Source: the human T2T-CHM13v2.0 reference genome, Homo sapiens. Taken from it: a stretch of 64,000 bases of DNA. Below, one piece after another: positions 44,398 to 59,717 of the stretch. Numbering within the stretch: the stretch's first letter is position 1; the number at the start of each line of letters is the position of its first letter. Location of the stretch: the NCBI RefSeq assembly GCF_009914755.1, contig NC_060946.1; one strand, given 5' to 3'. Below the pieces are notes generated by a model. The model was not told the origin of the DNA. It saw only the letters and a list, made by a program, of their open reading frames with translations, and searched no databases. Made by a program: the position numbers and the translations under genes.

Positions 44398-47300
44398 CAA
44401 AGAAATTTTCATGGAGAGGGGACAGATGGAGTCAATTCTTGTGGGGTGAACATGAGTACCACAGTTAGACTGAGGTTGGGAAAGATTTTCCAGACAATTG
44501 GAAGAGCATGTGAAAGACACAGATTTTGAGAAATGTTAAGTCTAGGGAACTGCAAGGCTTTTGGCACAAGAAAGCCACTGTAGACTATAGAGGCAGGATG
44601 CCTAGATTCAAATCCCAACTGCTACACTTCTAAGCTTTGTAATTTTGGCAAGTTTTTACCCTCTATTTTCTTATCTATAAAATATAGATTTTATATATAT
44701 AGATATAGATATATAGATAGATAATAATTGTGCATGCCTAATAAAGTTGTCAAAGATTAAATGTTATATGTGAAGTATTTTGTACGGTGATAGGAACCCA
44801 GGAAGGGCTCTATGAATATTATGTATTATTATTATTCTAAAGTAGCTGGAATACAATGTTCAAAGGAGATAGTGGCAGGAGATAAGTTTGAATTGAAAGA
44901 TTGAGGCCAGAACATAAAGTGCCTCCTATATTATATTTTACATAATTGGAACATCATTGAAAAATTTAAGTATTATTTATGTGTGTATGTGTGTTTTATA
45001 TAATTAATTCTAGTTCATCATTTTAAAATATCTTTCTGATGTCACTGTGAACAACAGATGAGAAGAAGTGAATCCTGAGTTAAGGAGACCAGCTCTCTGA
45101 TTACTGCCATAATCCAGGGAGGGTACCATAAGGATTTCAACTGGAAGTGAATCCATCATGATGGAGAGGAAGGACAGGGCTGAAAAATACTTAGGAAGTA
45201 GTATCAGTAGGACTGGTTAAGAGAGAGCAGAGGCAGGCTACAGGGGTTGGAGGTGTCAATCACAGAGATAGGGAAAATGGGAGGAGAAGCAGGCTTTGAA
45301 AAAGTGGCTTGTCTTGTAAAATTATGTGCTGTTAAAACAGTACAAGAAATTAATATATTCAATCCCAAAATACAGGGACAATTCTTTTTGAAAGAGTTAC
45401 CCAGATAGTCTTCCTTGAAGTTTTCAGTTAAAGAAATTTCTTGTTAACAAGTAATGTAGTCATAGAAGAAAACACTTAAAACTTTATTGAATAAAGCTAA
45501 TAAATCATTTAATATAATTTATAGGAAATTGTTACATAACACACACATTCAATACTTTTTGCTAAAGTATAAATTAATGGAAGGAGAGCACGCACACAGA
45601 GGTTGAATTATGTTTATGACTTTATTAGTCAAGAATACAAAATTGAGTAGCTACATCAAGCAGAAGCACATGCTTTACAATCCAGCACAGAATCCCTTGA
45701 CATCCAAACTCCCGAAACAGACATGTAAATACAGATGACATTGTCAGAACAAAATAGGGTCTCACCCGACCTATAATGTTCTTTTCTTGATATAAATATG
45801 CACATGAATTGCATACGGTCATATGGTTCCAATTACCATTATTTCCTCTGGGCTTAGCTATCCATCTAAGGGGAATTTACACCAACACTGTACTTCTACT
45901 TGCAAGAATATATGAAAGCATAGTTAACTTCTGGCTTAGGACCCCAACTCAGGATCAACAAAGCAGTGCTCTTGGGGGAAGCCCATTTTGCTACAATTTA
46001 AAGTCATTAGAAGCATTAAATAAAAGCTAAGAACTTGAAATCAAGTGTGTTATAATGTAGTTAGGGAATTAGATTTCAGGTGTTTATTTTTAACACAAAT
46101 CCATTAATTCTGACACCTAAGGCAAATGCTAGTCAACATGAATGGAGAAACTTTTGATTAGTGGTATATGTTTTCAGATTTCTGGAACAGTCATAGACTC
46201 TTCAATGTCTTATGACTGAAATTTTTTAAACCACTGTTTTCTCTAGAAACTAATGAAACTCATCATAAACTCATTTTTCAATATTATAACATAGTCATAA
46301 GTAGAATATTAATCTTATATTAATTAAGATGTTAACATATGTGAAATTTAATACTTCCTTTAAGGTATGAACACTTATCCAATTCATAATTTCAATGAAA
46401 GGAAATGTCTAAAAGAGACTTTTAATTCTTCAACCGCATGGACTACACAGAGCAGTTTCAGCACCAGGGATAGTTTTCTTCCTGGATAACAGCGAATGCT
46501 CTAATACTGATGAGTAAATCCTGTGTGTCTAACTTCAAATTAATTGTTAGGTTTATATGAATGAGTATAACATGATAGTTAGGAGCATAGGCACAAAGGA
46601 AACATTCAAATTTGTTGTTGTTGTCCTTGCTATTATTCTTGTTGTATGTGAGGCTGATATGATAAAAGATACTGATTTAGGTCAAGTACACATATTACTT
46701 GTGGAAAATTAATAACTCTAATTAAATATTTCTTGTTTCATACACATTAATTTTAAATACAGCCCAACAATGGGCCACTATTTCTCAATACAAGAAAATA
46801 ATACATAAGAATCATGAAGTTCTTCAATCAAACTTAAATAATCCTTATTGCAAACATAAAACATAAAGAAAACACATTTTTAAAGAAATATTATCTTTCC
46901 AAACATAGCCATATAATTCCTCTGTATTAGAATTTTTCACAGGAATTCTAACTAGTATATTTTTTGTACATGCTTTAAAGAATAAAAAAATTTGAACTGT
47001 TGACCAAATGTGATATATTATATACTATTGTGTGTATTTTAAAGTGAGGGTAAAAAAAGACACCAAAGCCTCTGGGAAGTTAAACTATAAATTGACTTAC
47101 AGAATTAATTAATTAGGAAGTTAAACTATAATTAACTTACAGAACTTACCAAGAAGTGTTAATGCCTACCCTAGGAATGACTATAAACCTATTAGTTAGA
47201 ATTTCCGTATATCTCAGTTTTTAATATGTAATTGTTTTGAAAAATTTGGCCAATTTGAAAAAAACAATTAATATGTAAATGGATATATCTACATTAATTC

Positions 47301-48596
47301 ATATTCTTTATTAATTCTTTATTAGATACTAATCTGGGTTCTGTACAATTTTGTATCTGGCCATTCATTTGTTTTAGATGCCAGTAACAAATATACAATT
47401 TTTTGAAACCACCAATACCAATATATTTTTAATGGATGGAGCCATCTCTATGCCGATATATCACGGTTACTACACCAATTTATAGTTAAGAGATATCCAA
47501 ATGTGGTGTTGGACCTAGGAAACTAATACTTATAAACCCAGTCACCAGGAATGCATGGTTGAATGGCCAAAATTCAGGAAATGTACAGGTGGATAAACCA
47601 ATGATCCATTAACCTAACAGTATAATGGTTCCCAAGAACCAAGGGGAACAAAATTGGTTGGAGAAGAAATAGAAGATACTTGCAGAAAAAAAACCAACTT
47701 GCTGCTAAGGCCAGGTTCCTTACTGGCATGCCACCCCTCCATCCTGGGGGTAGCCAGTCCTGAGTGAGCCTCCCTGAGGTTCACTGGTAGTCACTACACA
47801 TGTCTAGCTAGTGGCATTCCTTGGTCAGTTTTGAATGTAGAGATAGAAAGCAAACAAACAGTTACCCAAAGACAGTAATTCTCTCCCATCCACAGGAGGG
47901 TTTTGCCTAGCATTCACATGCATGTTGCTACAGTACAATTGATTCATTAATTAACTTTAGCCAATTACTTAGTAAACTCAGGTCAACAAGAAAGGAGGCA
48001 ATGCTTTCATTCATAGCTGAAACCATACATACTGAGGATCTAATAATGAGTGCATACATCGACGATTTAGTTTTTTTACTTTCAAAATATTTTGTGGTAT
48101 CATGAAAACATGGCATAAGTCCCAAGGGAAATTTGTCTAGAGATTTGATGAAGCTTTATCTTGCTGTCCAATTAGAAAATGAATGACTGGAAAGATTCTT
48201 CTAAAAACTGGCTAAGATATTTATTGCCAGAATTTTCTTGAGGAGAAAGTGTTGGTTCGGCTCCACCTACATTCCCTTACCTCAATCATGTAATCCTGAG
48301 CACCTGCTCCTCAAGAGTGAATGCTTTCCTTCAAAGGATCCTTATACATACACTGGAGCTGATGCACAAAACTGCCTTGCTGCATTTTTGAAGATCTCAA
48401 ATTTGGCCTCTCATTTACATTATCCTTCTTTTTGTTCATCACATTTCCAGATTCCTGACTGTTTACCAAACTTTATATTGCCTTCCTATTCTGTTCTTGA
48501 GGATCCATGGTCACTGCAACTGTCTTTTCAGGTTTGACCCGACTGTGGCTTGTATGACTAGATTTGATTCCTTGCCATTTGATTCCTGACCACTAG

Positions 48597-48927
<331 letters not shown>

Positions 48928-49868
48928 CCTGCCTAGCTCCTTTTAATATCCCCCACAACTTGTCACACACTTTATCCAAACCAGTTCCCTGCTCTGAGTC
49001 TATAGCCATGACTCACTACTGCCTGTATTTCCAGATGACTGGAATTACTGCTCCATTCCAGACTGCTGCCAGAATTAATGCTATTGCTTTCTCTGTAATA
49101 CTTTGTACTTTTCAAAGGATCATAATTTATCTCATTTGTGCTTACAACCCCTTTCTATAATGAGAGCTGTTCATTCCTATGCTCTCATTCCTATTTCATT
49201 GGTAAGAAAATCAAGACTCCAAGAGGCCAAATAATTTACTTAACACAACAATGATGGTTTAATACTTTGAATGCTAGTTTTGAGGACCTTATTATTCCCC
49301 CAAAATCATGTTTTAGGGAATTTAACAGTCCTTTAGAGGAATGATTTTATTCTGACTTTAAAACCTTTTGTTTTTCTTCCTTTAATATGTGACATTGCCT
49401 TGTAATGTAAGTAATCTGTATCAAACTACTGAATGTATTGAATTTTTACCTTTAAGTTATTTCCTCCTTTCTTTCCTTAATTGAGACATTTATCAAGTAT
49501 TTACCATGTATCAATCAATGAGCATAGCTTATTGCTGCAGAGTTTATTTATAAGCTATAGTCCCTGCCTTCAAGTAGTGCTAAGGTAGTCAGGAAAAAAT
49601 TGTATAACAAATTACTACAAGACTATATTTTTTTCATAAAAATAAATACCATAAAAAAGTATCATTTTCTGAAATCATATTATTTATATACATTTTACTA
49701 GTTTATTGTCTGTGACCTGTATTAGAACATAAGCTATATGAGGACAGGGACTTTGTTTCATTTACCGCTACATTTCCTGTACCTTGAAACTACACATGGC
49801 TTGCAAAATACATTCAATAGATAGGTGTAGTAAGGAATAAAATGTTAGTTCTCCTTTAGGCTTTTAAG

Positions 49869-50015
49869 GGCGCCTGTAGTCCCAGCTACTCGGGAGGCTG
49901 AGGCAGGAGAATGGCGTGAACCCCGGGGAGCGGAGCCTGCAGCGAGCCGAGATCGCGCCACTGCACTCCAGCCTGGGTGACAGAGCGAGACTCCGTCTCA
50001 AAAAAAAAAAAAAAA
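49869..50015 (+). mobile_element. AluY right arm only
   Basis: AluY-type gagaatggcgtgaaccc, CpG-rich, A-tail. Confidence 0.88.
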
Positions 50016-51554
50016 ATCTCTTATGTTTCTAGTGAATGAAGACTGTTTATTAGATACCACATGAGTGGCACTCATTGCATAATCGGTTAGTAGATTTACT
50101 TTTACATCTATCTTTTGAGTGGTCCCAGCAATAATTAGTGAAACATAGTGTAAGAACCAACCATTACCCTTGTTTTATAAATGACGAAACATACTCCAAG
50201 ATTATGTGAATGGAAAAGGAAACATGGGAAAATCATATTTCTGAACATGATTTGTCCAATTATAGGTTTTGCTTTAGGAAGACTCACTATTAAATGTGTG
50301 TGAATGTGTGTGTGCATGTGTGTGTATGTTTTTATTATAATAGTATATGTGCTCATTGCAAATCATTTAAAAATACATGTGAAGAAGAAATGGAAAGTCG
50401 CCAGTAATCTCATTGCTCCATGGTCACTATTGTAAACATTTGACATTTGTTAAATCTATTATTTATGTCCTGTATTCAAAGTAGTGTGGAGGTAGGCAAG
50501 ATCACTGGACTAGTCAGGAAATTTGAATATTCTACCTGTCTGTTACCTTAGTTTTTGACCTTGGTGTAGGGATTCCATGATTACCAACATTTAATTTTTA
50601 AAATTATTTCTTACCTTACCTTCTTCTCCAGTTTCTACTGTTATTTCTATTAAATAAATATGACTTTGTTTTCCAGTGAGATATGATACGTGATACTTTT
50701 TGAAATATTAAAAGTCACTTAAACAGTATCCATTTGTCTCTATAAAAGCCTAGCTAGGCTCTCCATGAAGGGAGCAATTCAAATAGATGGTTTGTAACAT
50801 CTTTTTCAGTTTTAAAATGTGGATACTCTGATTCCATTGCACATTGATATATGAACTCATTCTTCCTTACGATTATTCCCCAAGTGGTAATTATTTTGCT
50901 TCTAGACCAGCAAGCTAATATCTCAAAAACTCTTACATGTAAATGTAGTTGTTTAAAAATATTTATGCTGTGTAATGTCAGTAATTTATGAGTTACAGAC
51001 ATGATATCCATTATATTTTTGCCTAATAATTCATTTTTAGGAAAAACTAAGAATAAAGTTATTCTTTGTATTTTTACTAATCTTTTCCCAACCAAGTGTT
51101 ACTGAAACTGTCATCCCAAAGTCTTTTTACCTTTTAAGGTTCTCACTTTTGAGGCTGAGAACTATGAAGCTAGTATTCAAATTTGCATTCATTGTTGTAA
51201 TTTCTGGCAGTATGTCCAATTTAATTCTACTGTTAGGTGCTTGTTTGTTGTACTTATGAAGAACTAAGGATTTTCTAGTAGCCCAGAGTTATGTTATTTT
51301 TTGCTTAGTGACAATTTTTACAAGAGACCTTATTATAATGAAACCAATGAAATGCATCACAGTACCTTTTTCAGAGTGCCAGTGGCTTATGAGATATTTT
51401 TTGATGTAAACTTGTTAAAGCCATGTAACTAACCAAGCTTATATCCTTACTGTAGAACTAGAGACATATTATAAATATTTATAACGAACAAAATTGGGGT
51501 AAGAATCCCTCATTTGTTCTATTTTTTGGTCAGTCAATAAATATATTTTTAAAA

Positions 51555-54500
51555 ATTTGTGTCTGTGACTGGTTTTGGTAACAGGGTAATACTGGCCTCA
51601 TAGAATGAGTTTGGAAGTATTCCTTCCTCCTCTATTTGGAAGGATGCCCTTCTCTTCTATTTTTCAGAATAGTTTGAGTGGGATTAATATTAGTTCTTTA
51701 AATGTTTGGTTAGAATTCAACAGTGAAGCTATCATTTCCCAGACTTTTCTTTACTGGGAGACTTTTATTACAACTTCAGTCTTGTAACTTGTTATTAGTC
51801 TGTTCAGGTTTTGGATTTCTTCCTGGTTCAATCTTGGTAGTTTTATGTGTGTAGCAATTCATAAATTTCTTCTAGATTTCCCAACTAATTTGCATGTAGT
51901 TGCCCACAGTAGCTGATAATGATCCTTTGAACTTTTGCAGTATCAGATGTAATGTCTCCTTTTTTATTTCTGATTTTCTTTATTTGGATCTTCTCTCTTA
52001 GTCTGGCTAAAGATTTGTCAATTTTCGTTAGCTTTCCAAAAAATAAACTTTTCATTTCTTTGATCTTTTGTATTTTTTTATTTCAATTTTATGTATTTCT
52101 GCTCTGATCTTTATTATTTCTTTTCTTCTGTTAATTTTGGATTTGGTGTGCTCTTGATACTTCAGTCCTTTAAGATGCAGCATTTGATTGTCTATTTGAT
52201 ATTTTTCCTCTTTTTTGATATTGGCACTTATAAACATCCCTCTTAGTACAACTTTTCTTGTATCCCTTAGATTTTGGTATGTTGTGTTCCTATTATTATT
52301 TGTTTCAAGAAATTTTTCAATTTCCTTCTTAATTTCTTCATTGACCCACTTGTCATTCAGGAGCGTATTGTTTGATTTCCATGTATCTGTATAGTTTCTG
52401 AAACTTCTCTTGGTAGTTCTAGTTTTATTCCATTGTTGTCAGAGAAGATGCTTTATATTATTTCATTTTTTTGGAATATTTCAAGATTTGTTTTGTGACC
52501 TAACATATGGTCTGTCTTTTCAACTGATCCATGTGCTAAGGAAAATAATGTGTATTCTGCAGCTTCTGGATGAAATGTTCTGTAAATATCTATTAGCTCA
52601 ATTTGGTCTGTAGTGAAGATTAATTCTGATGTTTCTTTGTTTTCTTTCTGGAAGATGTGTCCAATGCTGAAAGTGAGGTTTTGAAGTCTGCAGATATTAT
52701 GGAGCCTATAGCTGTCTTTAGCTGTAGTAATATTTCCTTTATATATCTGGGTGCTCCAGTGATGGGTGAATATATATTGAAATTATTATATCATCTTGCT
52801 TAACTGACCCCCTTATCTTTATATAGTGACCTTCTTTGTCTCTTTTTATAGTTAGTTTTTGTCTTGAAATTTCTTTTGTCTGATATAAGTGTAGTGACTT
52901 TTGCTCTTTTTTTGTTTTTCTTTGGCATGGGATATCTTTTTCCATCTGTTTGTTTTCAGTCTTTGTGTGTCTCTATAGGTGAAGTGTGTTTCTTTTAGGC
53001 AACAGATCAATTGGTCTTGTCTTTTCATCCTTTTAGTCTGTGTCTTTTGAGTGGAGAGTTTAGTGTATTTACATTCACTGTTATTATTAAGTAAGGATCT
53101 ACTCTTGCCATTTTGTTTTTGGTTTTCTGGTTGTTTTGTGGTCTTCTTTCTTGCATTCTTGTCTTCCTCTAGTGAAGATGATTTTCTCTGGTGATTTAGT
53201 TTCTTGATTTTTATTTTTTTGTGTGTCCATTGTATGTTTTTTGGTTTGAGGTTACCATGAGCCTTGCAAATGCTATCTTATCACTCATTATTTTAACCTG
53301 ATAACATGACACTATTTGCATAAGCAAACAAACAAGCAAAAAGAAAACTAGTAGAAACTTGCCTTAACTTCATTTCCTTGCTTTTTAACTTTTTGTCGTT
53401 TCTGTTTATATCTTCTACTGCCTATGTCTTGAAAAGTTGTTGTAGTTATTATTGTTGTTTAATTCATCATTTAGTCTTTCTACCTAGGATAAGAGTAGTT
53501 TGCAAACCACAGTAACAGTGTTTATAATATTCTGTACTTTTCTGTGTACTTATATTACCAGTAAGTTTTGTATTTTCAGGTGATCATTTATTGCTCATTA
53601 ATGCCCTTTTCTTTCTGATTGGAGTACCCCCTTTAGCATTTCTTGTAGGACAGGTCTGCTGTTGTTGAAATCCCTTAGCTTTTATTTGTTTGGGAAAGTC
53701 TTTATTTCCTCTTCATGGTCAAATAATATTTTCACTGGATATGTTATTCTAGGGTAAAAGTTTTTTTCCCTCAGCAATGTAAATATGTCATGCCACTGTC
53801 TCCTGGCATATAAGGTTTTCACTGAAAAGTCTGCTGCCAGATGTATTGGGGCTCCTTTGTATGTTATTGTTTCTTTTCTCTTGCAGCTTTTAGGATTCTT
53901 ATTTTATTCTTGACCTTTGGGCGTTTGATTATTAAATGTCTTGAGGTAGACTTCTTTGGGTTAAATCTGCTTGGTATTCTATAACTTTCTTGTATTTGGA
54001 TATTTTCTCTAGATTTGGGTAGTTCTCTGTTATTTGAAGGTTTACTCAAAATAAACTTTCTCACCCTGTTCTCTACCTCTTTTTCAAGGCCAATACCTCT
54101 TAGATTTGCCCTTTTGAGGCTATTCCCTAGATCATGTAAGCATGTGTCATTGGTTTTTATTCTTTTTTCTCCTCTGTGTGTTTTCAAATAGCCTTTCTTC
54201 AGAAGCTCATTAATTCTTTCCTCTGCTTGATCCAATTTGCTCTTGAAGGACTTGATGAATTCTTAAGTATGCCAATTGCATTTTTGAGCTCCAGCATTTC
54301 TGCTCGATTTTTTAAAATTATTTCAATATCTTTGTTAAATTTATCTGATAGAATTCTGAATCCCTTCTCTGTGTTATCTTGAATTTCTTTGAGTTTCCTC
54401 AACGCAGCTATTTTGAATTCTCCATGTGAAAGGTCACATATCTTTGTTTCTCGAGGATTGATTCTTGGTGCCTTATTTAGTTCGTTTGGTGAGGTCATGT

Positions 54501-56520
54501 TTTTCTGGATGGTGTTAATGCTAGTAGATGTTCCTCGGGGCCTGAGCATTGAAGAGTTAGGTATTTATTGTACTCTTCATTGCCTGAGCTTATTTGTAGC
54601 CATCCTTCTTGGGAAGGCTTTCCAGTGACACTGGTTCTTGCAGACTTGTAGAGGTACTGCCTTGATGGCCTTGGATAAGATCTGGGGTGATTCTCTGGAT
54701 TACCAGGCAGAGTCTCTTTTTCTCTTCCCTTACTTTCTCCCAAGAACACAGAGTCTCTCTCTCTCTCTGTTCTGAGACACCTAAAGCTGGGGCTGGTATG
54801 ATGTATGATACAAGCACCCCTATGACCACCACCACCACCACTTCAGGTACTGGGTCACACCTGAAGCAAGCACAGTGCTGGGTCTTGCCCAAGGCCTGCC
54901 TTAATCACTCCTTGGCTATAGCCTATATTCACTCAAGGCCCTGGGGCTCTACAATTGGCAGGTAGAAAAGTCGGCTGGGCCTGTGTCCTTCTCTTCAGGG
55001 TGGCAAAGTCCCCATGGCCACCAGTGGGTCCACAGATGCCATAGAGGAGTCAGGGACTAGAGTCAAAAAACTTAGAAATCTACTTGGCATTCTGTTGTAC
55101 TGTGGCTGAGCTGGCACTCAAACCACAAGACACAATCCTTCCCACTCTTTCCACTTTTTCCCCTTTCCAAAAGCTGAGGAGCCTTACCCCGTAGCCACCG
55201 CCACACCTGGCCATGAGGAGTACTGCCAAAGTACCACCGATGTTCCCTTAAGGACCAAAGGCTCTTATATCAGCTTGTGGTGAATGCTGCCTGGCCTGGG
55301 ACTCACCCGTCAGGGCAGTGGGCTCCCCTTTGGCCAAGGGCAGGTCTAGAAATGCTGTCCAAGAGTCAAGTCCTAGAATTGGGAACCCAAAAGCCCACTT
55401 GGTGCTCTACCCCACAGTGGTGGTGTTGGTACCTAAGATGCAAAACAAAGTCCCCTTTACTCTTCCTTCTGTTTTTATCAAGTGGAAGGAGTTTTGCCCC
55501 ATAGCCACCACAGCTGGTAATGTGCATAGTCTCACCTGAAGCCAACAAGTCTCAGAAGCTCACCAAGGTCCTCAACGTAGTACCCGGGTATCACTGCTGG
55601 TTATTCAGGACCCAAGGGCTCTTCAGTTAGCAGATGATGAATGCTGCCAGGACTGGGTCCTTTCCTTCAAGGCAGTGGGTTTCCTTCTGGCTCAGGGTGT
55701 ATCTAGAAATGTCATCCCAGAGCTAGAGCCTGGAACAAGGGCCTCATGACCTCAAGGTGCCCTGTCCTTCTGTGGCAGAGCTGATAAGCAAGATGCAAGA
55801 CAAACTCCTCCCAACTCTTCCCTCTCCTCTTCTCAAGTGGAAGGAAGGGGTTTCTTTTGGATCCACAAGCTGTGCAGTCTCAGGTTAGGGGAGAGGTGAT
55901 GCCAACATTCCCTTAGCTGCCCCAGCTGGTATCTCAGTATGTCCCATGCCACTTCAGTCCATTGTCTTTGGGCCTAGTTCAGCACTAGGACTCACCTATG
56001 AGGTGCAGTCCTTATGGCCTAGACTACCTTTCCAATTTACTTAGACAACAAGAGCACTGTGGCCTTTGGTACTGAGGTTTGCGGGCAGTCAGGTTTGGAC
56101 TGCTGGTATCAGTGATTGCCCTCTGGCTAAGGCTGGTTGACATGCCTTCTTTTGGGTGGACTTCAGCTTAGTTTGGTCAGGTTTTCCTTTTTGCTGCAAC
56201 AAAATGGCACTGAGTTCAGTGCCTCACAATTGCTCTGTTCTCCCTTCACCAGCACCCAGAGGTGCTCTTGGCACCAAGCCACACTGCTGGGGTCAGGGAG
56301 GGGTGGCATCGGAGACTCGGAACTGTTTTTCTGTCTTTTCAGTGTCTCTTTCAGTGATACGAGGTTAGAACCAGGTACTGTGAGTGCTCACCTGATTTTT
56401 AGCTCTTAGGAAGATGCTTTTTCCTGTGTAGTTGTTTGTTAACTTAGTATCCTTGTGGTAGGGGTAGGAGGATGATCTGTGGAGTTTTCTGTTCTGCCGT
56501 CTTGTCTCACCTCCCTCCTA
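51555..56520 (-). mobile_element. Large old L1 (5'UTR, ORF1, inter-ORF, ORF2 EN region; L1PB/L1MA age)
   Basis: ORF1-like peptides (EFKIAALRKLKEIQDNTEK, NSLKRANLRGIGL, RHLIIKRPKVKNKIRILKAAREK) and EN-like IKRDKEGHYIKIRGSV. Confidence 0.9.
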
Positions 56521-57819
56521 AAAAAATATTCTTAAATGAGATTGTAATGTTTATATGAACTTGCACGAAGACAGACGTCTTGTGCTTGGATCCTGGGTCT
56601 CTTACCGGTTTTGTAACATTCTTCAACATACTTATAACTCTGTGCCTATGATGCCTTCTCTGTAAAATGAAGATAAGAATAGTGTCATAATGGATGTAAA
56701 ACCTTTAAAACAGGACTAAACGCCATGTAAGGTTAGGTGGTGGTATTGTTACTATTTATCTTATTTATATCATATTCTGTGGTGACCTGTCCGTATTTGC
56801 GAATACCTTTCAGTGATAGGAAATTAATTCTACTTCTTGATCCTAATTCTACTCCCTGTCTGTTCCTAATCTTGTTTTCCTTTGCTTCCTCTTTTCTCAT
56901 CTACTCATATTTTATGCCTTCCTTCATGCTTTACATAACTTGTAGCCACCTTCAGTGTTTTTTTGGAATAAAGTAGTGTATGCATACATACATATAAATC
57001 TTTGTTCCTAGAATTTAGCACTGTTAGTGCATGGTCTTTATCTTGGATGTTCATATATTCTAGTTCCCAGAACAGTAACTTCTAGACCTTAATAAATTAT
57101 TTATTGAATGAACAAAGGAATTAATTACTTTGAATTTGTGAGGTGTTGTATATGATTATTATTTTATTCCTAAATCTTATCATTCTTTAGACCAAAAGGA
57201 TATCCAGTTTGACAGTGTTCTTTTTTAAGAATGATGCTTATAACCGAATATAATAGTTCTTATGGGATTCGATCAACAGAGAGTAACAGAGTATTATTAT
57301 GTTATTTTATTCTGTGTGTATTTGTCTATTACTGTACTTAAAATACCAAACGGGAGGGGCAGTATGACTTTGGACTCATTTGCCATAATATTGAAGTCAA
57401 ATGTGTTGCTGTTAAATCAGCTTTCTTTACCCAATTCACATTTGTGCTTAAAAAAAAAAGCATTACAAGACCTTGCATATTTCTGTTCAACTTATTTTTA
57501 ACATTCATTTCATTATTGCAACATTTATTGTAAGTTGTATCAGTTTCATGTTTCTTCATCTTCTATATATGGAGATTATGCCCCAGTTACATCTCTTTAT
57601 CTGTAAGACTAGTAATATCAAAAAGGAAAATGAATTTCATGTCTTAAAATTTATCCTTAGTAAATTCTATATTTTCTGTTGATTATCACTTTTAAAGGCC
57701 AAACCCTCTTTTTAGGAATTTTTCCTGAATCCCATCCAGGAATCACATGCTGTAGTTTGCTCTGATTTACTAGATTTGAAATCACCCTTTCCCATTTATG
57801 TGAAAATTAGATTTCTGTT

Positions 57820-58830
57820 TGTAGGGAAAAGAAAGAGAGCTCAGACTGTTACTGTGTCTATGTAGAAAGAGAAGACATAAGAAATTCCATTTTGACCTGT
57901 ACCTTGAACAATTGCTTCACTGAGATGCTGTTAATTTGTAACTTTGCCCCAGCCACTTTGCCCCAACATTGAGCTCACAAAAACATGTGTTGTATGGAAT
58001 CAAGGTTTAAGAGATCTAGGGCTGTGCAGGACGTGCCTTGTTAACAAAATGTTTATAAGCAGTATGCTTGGTAAAAGTCATCGCCATTCTCTAGTCTCGA
58101 TAAACCAGGGGCACAGTGCACTGTGTGGAAAGCCACAGGGACCTCTGCCCTGGAAAGCCAGGTATTGTCCAAGGTTTCTCCCCATGTGATAGTCTGAAAT
58201 ATGGCCTCATGGGATGAGAAAGACTTGACCGTCCCCCAGCCTGACACCCGTGTAGGGTCTGTGCTGAGTTGGATTAGTAAAAGAGGAAAGCCTCTTGCAG
58301 TTGAGATAGAGGAAGGCCACTGTCTCCTGCCTGTCCCTGGGAACTGAATGTCTCGGTATAAAACCCGATTGTACATTTGTTCAGTTCTGAGAAAGGAGAA
58401 AAACTGCCCTATGGCGGGAGGCGAGACATGTTGGCAGCAATGCTGCCTTGTTATTCTTTACTGCACTGAGATATTTGGGCAGAGAGAAACATAAATCTGG
58501 CCTACGTGCACATCCAGGCATAGTACCTCCCCTTGAACTTAATTATGACATAGATTCTTCTGCTCACATGTTTTTTTGCTGACCTTCTCCTTATTATCAC
58601 CCTGCTCTCTTACCGCATTCCTCTTGCTGAGATAATGAAAATAATAATCAATAAAAACTGAGGGAACTCAGAGACTGGTGCCGGTGCAGATCCTTGGTAT
58701 GCTGAGTGCTGGTCTCCTGGGCCCACTGTTGTTTCTCTATGCTTTGTCTCTGTGTCTTATTTCTTTTCTCAGTCTCTCATCCCACCCGATGAGATATCCC
58801 ACAGGTGTGGAGCGGCAGGCCACGCCTTCA
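57820..58830 (+). mobile_element. HERV-K(HML-2) solo LTR (LTR5A/5B-type)
   Basis: TGtagggaaaagaaagagag...ggccacgccttCA, ~1.0 kb, TATA-like tataaaa ~58357, AATAAA ~58650, near-TSD ctgtt/gtgtt. Confidence 0.92.
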
Positions 58831-59024
58831 GTGTTCGCTAGTTTCAATGCTTACAATGCCTGTCATTTATCTGTAGCTCTTATACTTTTTATAAAAAGTA
58901 ATTTTACACCAAAAGCCTTGAAACTTTTTTAGAGTAGTAGATTTGAACTCTTGTTATTATTTTATTCTACTGTTATCAGTAACCTCCCATGTTAACACTA
59001 TTGTTTCTTTCTGTTTACTTTCAG

Positions 59025-59256
59025 CTGGTTGGTGGAGAATTTGAACTGGAGATGAACTCTATTATCCAGGATGCTGAGAGTATAATACGCATGACAGAGC
59101 TTTTAGAGCACTGTGATGTAACATGTCAAGCAGAAATAGGGAGCATGTTTACAGCCATTCTATGAAAAAGTGTTTGGAATGTACAGACTAGCACAGAAGT
59201 TGGGCTAATTAAACAAGTATTGCTGAAAATGAGTGCTGTAGATGACATGAGAGCAG
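59025..59256 (+). pseudogene. NBEAP: Neurobeachin (NBEA) duplicated exon, with flanking intron sequence
   Basis: LVGGEFELEMNSIIQDAESIIRMTELLEHCDVTCQAEIGSMFTAIL*KSVWNVQTSTEVGLIKQVLLKMSAVDDMRA. Acceptor tttcAG, donor G|GTATGG, premature TGA at 59163. Confidence 0.93.
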
Positions 59257-59717
59257 GTATGGGGTTGATTGTTAGGGAAGTATAACTTAAAAGTTTATAA
59301 AGTTTCACATACTTCTCTTTATATTCTATAGGTAATGTAGATTTGTTGACACTACTTTGATTTAAAATAAATGGAAATGTATGGAAATTTTACTTTTTAT
59401 ATTAATGGAAAACCTGAAGAGTGAAAGAAGAAAAATATACTTACTATAGTAGACAAATATAATTACTAATGTTGTTTTCTAAATTTTAGAAAATCTCAGT
59501 ACCACGGAGTGCTATGAAATCTATCAGAAAAATAAACAGTATCTTTTTATGTAGTATTTCATTAAGCTTTTACATAATTAAAATGCCACAATAGGTATTA
59601 CAGTTCTGTATAATGAGCATTTTATCAAATTCCCCTAGTTCTGTGCCCCTCAATCTGGCATATATGCAACTATGACAGGAGGTACTAAAAGCCTTAGATA
59701 AGCATGGTGTATCTTTT

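Noticed and set aside
47378-47485. Possible coding exon after gttttAG (MPVTNIQFF...)
   Set aside because: Short, ends in a stop, and no recognisable homology.
57230-57370. Possible C/D snoRNA (ATGATG start)
   Set aside because: No convincing D box or terminal stem; not recognised.
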